Of a stretch of DNA of 64,000 nucleotides, positions 28,201 to 40,200 are shown piece after piece (positions within the stretch are counted from its first letter, which is position 1; each line of letters begins with the position of its first letter). The notes under the pieces were generated by a model that was given only the letters and a program-made list of their open reading frames with translations, had not been told where the DNA came from and searched no databases. The position numbers and the translations under genes were made by a program. The stretch is from Tubiluchus corallicola (taxonomy: Eukaryota > Animalia > Priapulida): positions 124,001 to 188,000 of the forward strand of contig JAQGDQ010000336.1 of assembly GCA_030141605.1 (NCBI GenBank). Direction: 5' to 3'.

Positions 28201-31200
28201 TTCAACGCGTGTACGATATATGCATAAAATTGCTATGAAGTAGTATGAAGTAGAGAATTTTCCGAAACCTACTTCAGGTAACACTTTTCTTGGCCTTTAA
28301 CAGTCGAATGCAGTTTTGCCCAACAACATGGCGCTCATTGTTTGCCCAGCAGCAGAGCGTAGAAATTGTATTAGAAAATGTCGCCCATTGTTTGCTTCAT
28401 TTGCCTCACTTTCTGAGCGAGCCTAGTAAATTCTCTCTCTGAAGACGCATCTTATCTGTGCCACAAATACTGTTTATCATGCAGCGATCCAAGTTTCATA
28501 ATTGTTCAATGATTGTTACATTGTTGCTGTTTCATGTCTCACAACCCAAAATAGAATACATGTAAATGTATGTGTGGTTATATTGACCAAATTACACTTG
28601 CTGTGGTTTATCAGATGAACATCAAAACTCATGAAAACCACGTTAATATGGTAGCTAAATTTTGAACGAATTGGATATTGCAAATGTGTAACGCATCGAA
28701 ACATCTAAACTTTATTATAGGACTCAGGGAATCCAAGTTTATTTGACTCAGAGAATATCACCGTCTGGATCGTTGACGAGGATAATCTGAATCCCGTTTT
28801 CAGGGATACTGGTTATACGGCTGAGATGCTCCATACTTCTAATCCTGTAAGTTTGCGTTCAGTTCTGTAAACTGCAAAGAGTTGTTAGAAGATTAACTGA
28901 TCAAAGTTTCATGAATTGCAGAGTGTAGAGAAAACGTCTAACATTTAAGTATTGAGTTTTGAACCTACTTTGCAGAATATGGATTATAGATGTCGCCACT
29001 AGTACGGGTATATTGCTTTATAGTTTAGTGACTTTAATGGATAACAGTTCCGCACAGTATAGGCCTTATTACGAAGAATGGCACTAAATATCAATAATCG
29101 TAGTAAAAGCTCATATATGTTGTCTCTGATCTTGAATTGATTTCATTTTGTTATTATTATTTTTTACTATTATTTTTCTTTTTTGTTTTCTGTGAGTGTA
29201 AGATTTTAGTACAATTTAGCAAGCCGGTCCTCAGCACACAAACAGTGAGACCTTATGTAATAATAAAATTAATATCTAATTACTTTAATTTAGTACTTGT
29301 TTGTCACATAGAAAGTTAATTTTTTTTAAACAATTTTAACTTTAAATAAACTTGATTTTGTTTTAAGGGTATGCAATTGTTGGTGAAACCTAGACCAATA
29401 TTAGCTGAAGACCAGGACAAAGGCGTCATGAGCCCCATTACGTATACTATCGAATACGGTAATTAATATGATTAGCCAAATTCTAATTCTAATAAATTCT
29501 ATTATAAAGATTAACATATATTTAAGAATAATGTTGTCTTAATAAGATTATCAAAAAAATAAAAATAAAACGAAAAGCATAAATATATAGACGGCGCTGC
29601 TTATTATTCATTGCAAATTATTTTTTGGTGGCTTTAACGTATTTTCTCGCAGGTTTACTTGTTCTGTATAATACCCACTGTCTTTCTATTAATCTAACCG
29701 CTTCAAAAAATCAAAATATGCGATTCCATACATTTATAAATTTAATAGGTTTATTTAAAAAAATTCGAAGCACCAGATTTCAGACAAGACCACGAGAATT
29801 TTACAGACGCATACAAAACCACAGGAAGCTTAAGAAGACGGTATGGTGTTGAGCTCTTAATTACAATTATGGAGATAGTGTGGCTTGATTTCAAGTGAAG
29901 AAAACCTAAAGCACAGGAAAACCCTCCACTTACATAAAGCTTTAAAAAATTCTCTCGAAATTTTACACCATTTACATACTGCTTTTTTGCGTGTAAAAAT
30001 GTAAATTTGAACTCCCGCGATGACCGTTAGGCGCAGCCATTTTCATGGTAGTTTAGACAACACTGCATGAAGTTTGGAAATATAATTAGAACATTCGTAG
30101 CATACATGTTGCTAACTAAGTAAAATTTTAATTACTGTATCTCAACAAGATTAAAAATACGTTTTTGGCTAGTGAGGGGCGCACCATGGAGAGTGAGTCA
30201 GCGACATTTTATCATTTGGCTCAAACTTTTTAAATTATTATTTCTAATTACCTAAATCTTTCCAGCAGGTAAGCGAAATGCTAAGTAATATAGATTTGCA
30301 TGGAATGTTTTTTTGGGACGTAATTTAATATTGATTTACGTTTGCGTAGATGACATCATGTTATGGCGAGGTCCGAACAGTCTTGCAGGCATTTAAAATG
30401 GAAACAAACAAAAATTCCTTTCAACGCGAGTACAATATATGCATAAAATTGCTGTAAAATAGTATAATTTTTTTAAGGCGATTTTTCTGAAACCTACTTC
30501 AGGTAACCCTTTTCTTGTCCTTTAAGAACACATGTAGGAAACAGCAGAATATGGCATTATAGACAAAGCATTAATACTTCTAGGCGATGCTGGTTACTTC
30601 ATAATAAACAACAGTACAGCTGATGTGTTCTTGAGCAAACCAGTGAAAATAGGAATGCAGTTTGCGATGCTAATCAAGGCAACAGAATTGTACAACGGAG
30701 ACCACTACGCCAGCACGTCACTGACGGTCAAAGTTAGACGGCAAAACGAAAATAAACCTCAGTTTGATCAGTTGCATTATAAAGTCAGCGTGATGGAGAA
30801 TGTACCAATAGGAAGTACAGTATTACGAGTATCAGCTCATGATGCTGATCAGGTATGTATTCAATTTGAACAGGTAAAAAAGTAACAGGTAAAAATTCAC
30901 AGGAAAAAAGTCACAGGGAAATCGGCACAGGAAACAAAGAAATTTCCCTAACCCTACTATAATGCTGACCGTAATATTCCGATCATATTGTACTAAGTTC
31001 TACTGTTCTTGTCTACGGAAGAAATTTAATCTGTACAATATTCGTAAACTTAGATCTACGTATAATACTGCTGTTAAAATTTTTTTAATTATGAATATGG
31101 CACTAGGACTTCGTATTCTACATTTTACTGTAATAAGAAGAAAACCTGCACATAGTATCAGATGTATCGGGTCAAGAATCAACGAAAAAAGTGATAATTT

Positions 31201-34200
31201 CATTAATAATGGTTTTATTAATGTATCTGACGTACGATGTAAGCCAAACATCCTGTTGCACTGGTCGCAGGTGCTTTTATCAAGCTCAATTATATAACCT
31301 CTGCGTATACAATAACTTTTACTTTGTATATAATGTTTTACCCTAATATTTAATTTTATGTAATTTTTTTAGTTATAGGTTTTTAACATTGTGTGCTATA
31401 GTTTAAATTTTATTGTATGTGTGTATGTGGCTTTTAGCTGAAATAAACTGATAAGTCAATCAATCAACCTAACCCCTAACCCTAACACTAACCCTAGTCA
31501 AAATTAATTGTAACTTTTTACTGTAACATTTTCCTAGCCGAAATGGTGACTTTTTTCCTGCAATTTTTATCATAACCAAATCATATTCACAGTGTTTAAT
31601 AAGATTTTATGCTACATGGAGTGATCTACAAGTTTTAGACCAATGTCTGCATGAATTATATGAGTAAATCAGCACGGGCACGCACTCGCACATATGTAAG
31701 CCTGTTAAATGTCAGCCCAATATTAATTTGTTGTATGTTGGCATGTCCGACTGTTCTTGTCTTTAAAATGATAACTAAAATGTTCTTAACTTCTTATTTA
31801 TTCTATACAGCTTTAAATATTTCCGCAAGCTTGCATCACAAATTATTTTTCGCGTTTCTTTCTTAGTTTATTCATGCACGTGGTGTCTTGCATTTGACCT
31901 TTCTAAAGCTTTAAAGGCCGTTAATCTTGCTTTTACTTTATAGGACCCTACGATGAAATTGATGTACAGCATAATTGAGGGGAATCAAGCGGACGATTTC
32001 AAAATGAACGATGAGTACGGCTAAACAATAGCATTTCTAAATGTTGTTATTTAAAATCCATGCATTCTATGTGACTTAGTAGTTTCAGCGAGTTTGTAAA
32101 TAGCCTAGAACTAGTTCCACACGAATGCAACCACGCACGCATATCAAATTTGAAAAAATGTATTAGTGTCAACGATTATAGGACATTTTTCAGTAATAAA
32201 GAAACTGTTGTTGAATTAAGAAAATTCAAGTACAGATTTTTTTTAAGGAAGTAACTTATGAAATTGTAATTATTTTTAACAGGAATTTTGTTTTTATTTT
32301 ACAGTGGGTTGCTTTTGATAAATCACAAACTACAATATACCAGGACTTCAGAATATTGGCTGACAGCTCGTGTCACCGATGGAAAATTTGTGAGTATTCG
32401 GCATTTCTTTTCTTTATTTTGATAGCATTAGTGAGGACAACAATGACGCCATTGTGTGGCTAAGGTGCATACGCATGCATCTCAGGTAAACTACTCATAG
32501 ACCATAGACAAAGCAGATTGACTACTTAATCGATCAGATTCAGAACTTATAATAAGTATTATAATAAGTAATAAATATGATTTATTGATCAAACATTGGC
32601 ACTATAATTGGTAGTTTTTTGATGTATTGTGGTCAGTAACCTTTAGCTATTTTCTTACATGAGTTTCATTTATTTTAACTCATAGCTAGTAGTTCACTAA
32701 TAGGAGCTGTTAATTTGATTTAATTAGTTCCTCCCGCAACATTTCTCTTCCAGACTGATTAGGAGTTGAAAAAAGTTATTTCAGAATCGTGTACCAAATG
32801 CTGTTAATTTTTATACTTTCAGAGCGATGAAGCCACAGTGAGAGTAGTAGTTGTCAACACGAATAACCAGAATCCCGTCTTTCAAGCAGCTGCATTTAAT
32901 TTTGAGGCAGAGAGATATGAGGACACTTTTGTTGGTCAAATAATGGCGTCTGATCCTTCTGGACAACGTTTAACGTATAAAGTTTTAGGATATGATAAGT
33001 AAGTTAAAACTTAACTTTAGGATTCTGTTGATAATTTTATCAGTTAATATAGGCCTAAGTTCATAATCACGTAGGCATAATCTGCCGTTTTGGAGCATGC
33101 GGCAGATACCGTACCGATACGCCAGGAGGTACGTTTTATGTGGCAGTGTACGGACTACGAAGTGTTTCTAGTGGCGTTTGCTTAAGAAGGAGGTGTCGCA
33201 AAAATCTCACATTTAATGCCACGCATTACTCGCATGTACCGGTCCCGCTTATTCTGGATGCATGTGTATGCGCCATAAAAATGAGTATGGATTATTTATG
33301 TGTCTCATGCAATTGTAACTAATAACCCTAAGAATAAGATGCCAAACTAAAAGAGGCTTTGTTTTTGGTGACAGATGTAAAATTATATCTTAATTATCCA
33401 AGTGTATCTAGCCAAGGTATTTTTTAGTTTTATATCACTATTGACTCTTATTTTGCATGTGTTCCTTGTAACATCCTGGAATTATAGCTTTGTCTTTTCT
33501 GATGGTTAAGTTTTTCGAATTTTCTGTCTTCTGCAATAAATTGTAACACTATATAGTACGCTATTACTCTTTTGTAATGTTAAGTTGAAGTTACTTTAAA
33601 CTAATAACAAGCAGAGGAGAGGTTTACATTACAAAGTACATTAGTCACAGTAAAGGGTGGTGCATAATCTCATGCTAGAGGGTAGAAAAACAACAGGAAA
33701 CAGCATTAATTTATTTATTACATCAATGTATTGCTGAATTTGTATTCTGTAAAGAATTTGTCATGCCTTCGAAATTTAGTGTGAGGTTTTTGCACAGTGG
33801 CAACCTGAAGGGTGACTTGAAAATTCTGAAATTATTTTTTGGATTGAATTAAATGGCTTGGAAATTCACTAGATCCCCATCTGCCAATACATTGTAGCTA
33901 CCCCAAAATACAGAAAGAATGCTAAAATGATAAATCACCTATGTTTGAGTAATATTTTGATGTAATAAATTGTCCTCTACTACTCGTTGTTTTTGTACCC
34001 CCTCCCCCAGCAAAATGTGCCAGCCTGTACCTTGGCGTAATGATGTCTTCTGTGCTAAATTGTACAATAATTGTCGGCATTATAATCTTGTTTTTTTGTT
34101 TAAGATATTTCACAATAACAAACAAAGGACAGTTGTACACTACAAAGTACACTAAAGAGTTAAAGCACAGTGAATATCATTTGACCGTGAAAGCGTGTAA

Positions 34201-37200
34201 TGAGGAGGTGCTAGAACTAGCAGAGGAGCAGCGGTGTTCAGTTGCCCTTGTCACTGTTAATCTACCTCAAATTTTACCAAGTAAGTAAGGAGTACCAAAG
34301 AAAGTCGTGGGTGATGTCTGATAATTAATGCGCAAGAGTAGTTTTATGTATTGTTGTTTTAAAGCCAATTCAGTTCTACATTTCAAGCCGTATAAAAATA
34401 ATCATCTAAGCAGTTTACCGATAATTATATTAACTGATAAAAAGTAATAGCATCTATTAATTTTTTCAGTTTTTGAGTGGTCACAAACTAGCTCCATTTA
34501 GACATGCGGCAATTGTAAGCACTTAGGAAACAGCTTACCTTTTATTAGGTTCAGAGAAGTTTTATAAAGTTGATGTTTTCAGGACAACTAACAACAACAA
34601 TCCGCCAATTTAAGATGACAGAGAAAAATAGAAACTGAAATGAAGTGAATGATGTACTATATGTTGTATATAGCTAATTATGTTGTATTCGCTCCCCTAA
34701 TTCTAACAAGGTGCACTAAAAATAATTCAATATACAATAAAGAATGTATTTCTTAAAAAATTATTTGAACATTTTAAAGTAATATATATAATGGTCGTAA
34801 ATAATTATTGTTTTAAGGTGCAATTATTGTACGATGAGTCTCATACCTATTAAATATTATAGATTATCTTTATTATTATATTACGAAAACCAAAACGGCA
34901 TAGTCATAATTGTATTGATAGCGGTATCGAAAGCACGCAATAATAGACAATTAACATAATAGTGATGGCACTTCTGTAAAATTGTAATGAAGATGAATTT
35001 TCATTAAAATACGTTTCACTAACATAATTTTTCAATGGACCTACTTCAGAGTTCTAATAAAATGTCACAAGAAATAGTATTGAACTACATTATTGTTTAC
35101 ACTCAATTTATACTATTACGTAATTATTTAAGAATTGTATCTTGGATAAAGATGAGAAAAGCTTGAATTCTAGTGTAGAAACTGTACTTATCGCGCGCGC
35201 ATAACGATCCACCTCCACTCACAATCCCATACTGCACATATCGTTTTCCTTCTGCCCGTACTAGTGGACCACCACTGTCACCTCTACAAGCGTCAGCACG
35301 TCTGTCATCAAATCCTGCACACATTTGCGTATCACCCATAATCTCGTATGGTTTAAATACTCGTTGGCATTCTGAGTGTTCCACTATTGGTAAATTGGCT
35401 TCCAGTAATTCCGGAGATGGTGGTTGTTTGCCGTTGGCAGTGACACCCCATCCCGTGACTGTTAACTGCTCACCTGGGCTTGGAGGCCTACTCCTGCCTG
35501 AAGGAAGACAAATTGTTCTTGCGCATTTTCCAATTTCCACCAAGCCATTAAGTTTTATCAACGCTAAGTCATTGTATAATTGTTCATCAAATGAGGGATT
35601 TGAGACAAGCCTTTCAACATTGAAAAACTGAGCATTAGCTTCGTTTGCATCTCTTGCACTCTTATGTTTTCCAATGCCAACTTCAAGATCTGAAGCCAGA
35701 AGAAGACGACCCGTGGAACGCACCACCACACAGTGTGCTGCCGTCAACACCCAGTTTTCAGAAATTAATGAGCCACCACATCTAAATGCACCTCTATGAT
35801 AAAGTGCCACTTGCCAAGGCCATTCACAAGGAACTGTAAAATTGCCACCAAGAATTGTCCTCCTAATTGAAGGATCTTTTGTTCCACACTCTGGGACACA
35901 ACGTGGGACTTGGTTAACATTGCTCCATTGTCCGTCTGAACCACATGAGGCTGTAGAGCTTCCTTGGATTATATATCCAAATTCACAGCTATATTGTGCT
36001 TGTGTGCCAGGCGGGTACCAACCAGCCGGTAAGCTGCTGGGATTTACACCAGGACCAAAAGCAATTGAAGTACTCGAGGCTTTTCTTACTAAACGTGGGG
36101 GTTCCCCACAGGCAATTTCTGAAGCCGGTTCTTCACATGCATCTCCTTTGTATGCTCCCACACAGAAACAATCAAATTTCCCTTGCAATAACTGTCTGCA
36201 TATTCCTCCATTTTTGCAAGGATTTTGAATGCAAGGGTTAAGCTCTTTGCTTTCACAATTATTTCCAATGTACCCTTTTGGGCACAGGCATGTATAAGAT
36301 GAGACGGAAGCTTCGCACAGGCCTCCATTCTTGCATGGAGCACTTAGACAAGGACTTATCTGTCTGTCACAGTTACGACCAGTAAAGCCATTTTCACACT
36401 GACATTCATAATTTTGAACAAGGTTTCTGCATGTTCCTCCATTCCTACAAGGCTCGCTAGAACAAAAATCTGATTCACAGTTGTCTCCAGTAAATCCAGG
36501 TCTGCAAAGACAGATGTAGGTAGACTCAGAAATTGTCAGACACAAGCCCTGATTCAAGCATGGATTATTCTTAGGGGAGCAAATGGCTTCGTCAACAACT
36601 TGCATTTCAGTTTGACACCTTTCTCCCACAAACTTGTCTGTACATTCACATAACAATTGGGCATCTTCTGATCGGCATATTCCGCCGTTCAAACACGGTG
36701 ACGAATCACAAACATTTGCCTGAGGCATTTCCGTCTCACATTCTGTTCCTGTGTACATAGCAGGACAAGAGCACTTAAAGTTATCTCCAAAATTTTGACA
36801 CGAGCCGCCATTTTGGCAAGGGAGACTGGCACAGAAGTCACGGCCATTTTCACAGAGACTACCAGTGTGTGTGACGGTGCAAATACAGATGAAGCTATTC
36901 GTGAGGGTTATACAGGATCCACCATTTCTACAAGGAGACGAGGCACAAAAATCTTTTGTTTGGTCACAGCGAGGACCACTAAAAGAAGATAGACAGTTAC
37001 AAATGAAGCTACTATTACCATTTACGCACGATCCACCATTTCTGCAAGGAAAAGAGGCACAGAAGTTTGGCAGTTGACGCCGCACCTCACAAAGACCTCC
37101 TGCATAATCCAAAGGACAGTCACACGTAAAACTTGATCCAGAATTTTTGCAGGATCCTCCATTTTGGCATGGTGCAGATTGGCAAGGATCCTGTCGTCTC

Positions 37201-40200
37201 TTTTGACAGATGGCCCCAGAGTATGGTGAAGGACAGTCACAAGCAAAGCCCAGAGCTGAACTAGGAGCTTCTAGACAAGTTCCACCATTCAAACATGGTG
37301 CTAGTCGGCACAAGTTTTGCTGGTCGTTCATTTCACAGTTAGTTCCTGTATAAAAGGATGGACAATTACAGACGAAACTTTCATCTACCGATATGCACGT
37401 ACCTCCATTCAAACATGGGTTCCCACCACATGGATCGAAAGGTTTGATTTCACATGTACTACCTGCGTAACCTCCAACACAACTGCACGTGAAAAACCTC
37501 CCATTAGAAAAACATTCTCCTCCATTTTTACAAGGGGCCGAAGCACATGCTGAAATTTCCTGACATCGACGACCTGAATAGAGTCCTGAGCACAAGCATC
37601 TGTACCGCCCAGGTGCTGTTTCTCTGCACGTACCCCCATTGAGACAAGGCGAACTTGAACACACATCATTTATTTCACACAGTGTTCCAGTAAGTCCAGG
37701 TAGACAAGAACACGTGTAAACGGTTGTATCGCCAATCTGGGAACATGTTGCGCCGTTTTTGCATGGATTTGGTGCACAGGCATCTTTCTTGTCACATGTG
37801 TTACCTGTATATCCACTGGGACAAAAACATGAATAAGTCCCTGAAGCCAGATCAATACATGTTCCCCCATTCAAACAAGGCGATGACTCGCATCCTATTA
37901 TTTGAACAGTAGCTGCAAACGAATTGCATTCAATTCCCAGAAGAAATTCAAGTTGCTTGCACAGTTCTGGATCGTTCCTAATTTGTTCTTGGATGTCTAT
38001 TTGCGCTGAGACTCCACAAGCGAAAAGTAAAAGAATTTGGCACGCGGTGAACATACTGCCAGCAACAGCGACACGCCACTCCTTGCACTGCAGAGCCGGA
38101 AAATAGGTTGTATAGGCAAGACAGCAACAAATAATCCAAATGTACAGGCTGTGAAAGTCGTGATGATGAAGTTACTGCAATGTACGGCACCCATTCAAGC
38201 CTAACGAATTGGAAAATGCTTTCCGGGAAAAACTGTAATCACTTGTTAACTAGACGGCCTAATGGCCTTTTTGTGATGTAAATTCGGTGACCACTGTCCA
38301 GTTTCAATAACCTGCAGATTTTGTCCCTAATAAAACTTTACTACGTGAATATAATAAAATATGTACAGTTAGCACTAGTGTAAGAAGGAAAGTTATTTTT
38401 AATATTAATACAGGATATAACACTACCGGATAAATATGCTATTTGTGTTTAAAATCAAACTTACGGAGTAATGGGTGAACGCCAATATCTCTAAACTTAC
38501 GATACATTGTATTGTCAGCTTTTTCTATTTCTAGTCGGAGCTCAAGTTCAGTTAAATAGTTAGTGATACAAATAGTCTTAATAACTGCATACACGTGCAA
38601 AGAGCTTTGATTTTTAACCCTGGGACGTGATTGAAAAAGTTTTTTTCGTGTTAATTTTGCCCATTTATCAATAAAATATAGACGCAGTATGGTATATAAA
38701 GAGCAAAGTTGCACCAAACATGAAAGAAATTGGCGGAATAAACCCGAATGGAATGAAATGTTGGGATTGAAATTAGATAAAACTAGACGCTTCCAATTGC
38801 CTGTCGAATGAATTGACCATGACCATGACAAAATAAATGGGGTTGAGCAGTATAGTGGTCATGCAATTCGATTTATAAGCAAAAGGTTCTAACCAGGCTC
38901 AGTCTCGAGTTTTTCACCTGTCCTTCTTTTCGGAAAGTTTGGATTCAAAATCCAATAACTGTGAGTTAATCCCATTATTAATCAGTAATTTTGAAATTAA
39001 GATTGTGAATAATAAGCTGAGGGAATTACAAAAGTCAAATTAACATTTATTTTTCAAATGCGTGATAGTTGATACCAATTTTTTGTTGCTACTGTTGGTA
39101 CCAATGGCGACTGTTCTATGTCACAATTGTCGCCATAGTTGTTGTCTTCACCAATTAACTCTTTGTATTATTTTATTTTAGATACGGTGAAAGCTGATGG
39201 TGTTGAACAGACGAGCCTGATTATTGCTTTAGCTGTCATTGCCAGTATTATGCTAATTACGATAATAATTATGGCAGTTATGTTACTTAAGCAGTAAGTA
39301 TAAGCAGAGAGGTGTCATTGTCTACAGTAATACCTCTCTGGTATAAGTCATAAATATCGAAAATTTGTTTTATAGTATGTGATTTTTACGTTAATAAAAC
39401 TCACGGGAGAAACCTATGGTACACTAACCTGGTAATCTATTTGTAACAGGACTGAAACTGTCAGAAATCTTTATATGATTGTCGTTAATATAAGGTTATG
39501 CGATTATCCATTTTTAAAGTAAACCTCGATATGTATTTCTTTAATTGTTTGTGTCTCACTCAGGGCCTATTTCAGGGGGGGAAGTGGGGATACTTCCCCG
39601 GGACCTCACCCTCCGGGGGGCTGGCGCCGAGGTAACATTTTTTTTGCTTTATGCGAACATTCAATTGTTCTTTTTCTTTCCTTTAACAGCTGTATAACTC
39701 CATATTTTCTCTTCGAAAATGCTTCTCCAGCATTCGAGCAGTTCAAAAATTTTCTGGGCGCCAACCATGGTGGCACCCGACCCACCCCCCGAGGGGGCCT
39801 CACACGCCCCACTTCCCCGGGCCTCGCTTTGGCTGACATAGGCCCTGGTCTCACTACTTTGAACATTTAATCATTTTCATTTAGTCATTTGTACTTCCTA
39901 TTTCAAAAGAGCACAAACCAACAATAAAAAGCAGACAAGATTTGATTAAAATGTGGCCACAATAAATACATCATTATTTCATTCAAGGAACACTCATCAC
40001 AAATTTCACAAATATAAAGCGTTAGTTTAATAAATGTTTACTTACATACTACCACTTACACGAATAGCATAATTATTACAAGTAGCACTATGCACTAAAG
40101 CACAATAATCACCTTATGAAGCAAAATAGGTGCACCATCATATTAACTATAATTCAGCACTACAGGCCTATATAGGGGGACTTGCTCTATTAACCAGTGA

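Noticed and set aside
35272-35290. RGDS integrin-binding motif in the protease
   Set aside because: It is simply the catalytic CxGDSGG motif in the active-site cleft, so it is not evidence of integrin binding.
35395-38194. Many short ORFs overlapping the protease gene on both strands
   Set aside because: Shadow ORFs of a stop-poor, Cys/Gly-rich coding sequence, with no independent motifs.
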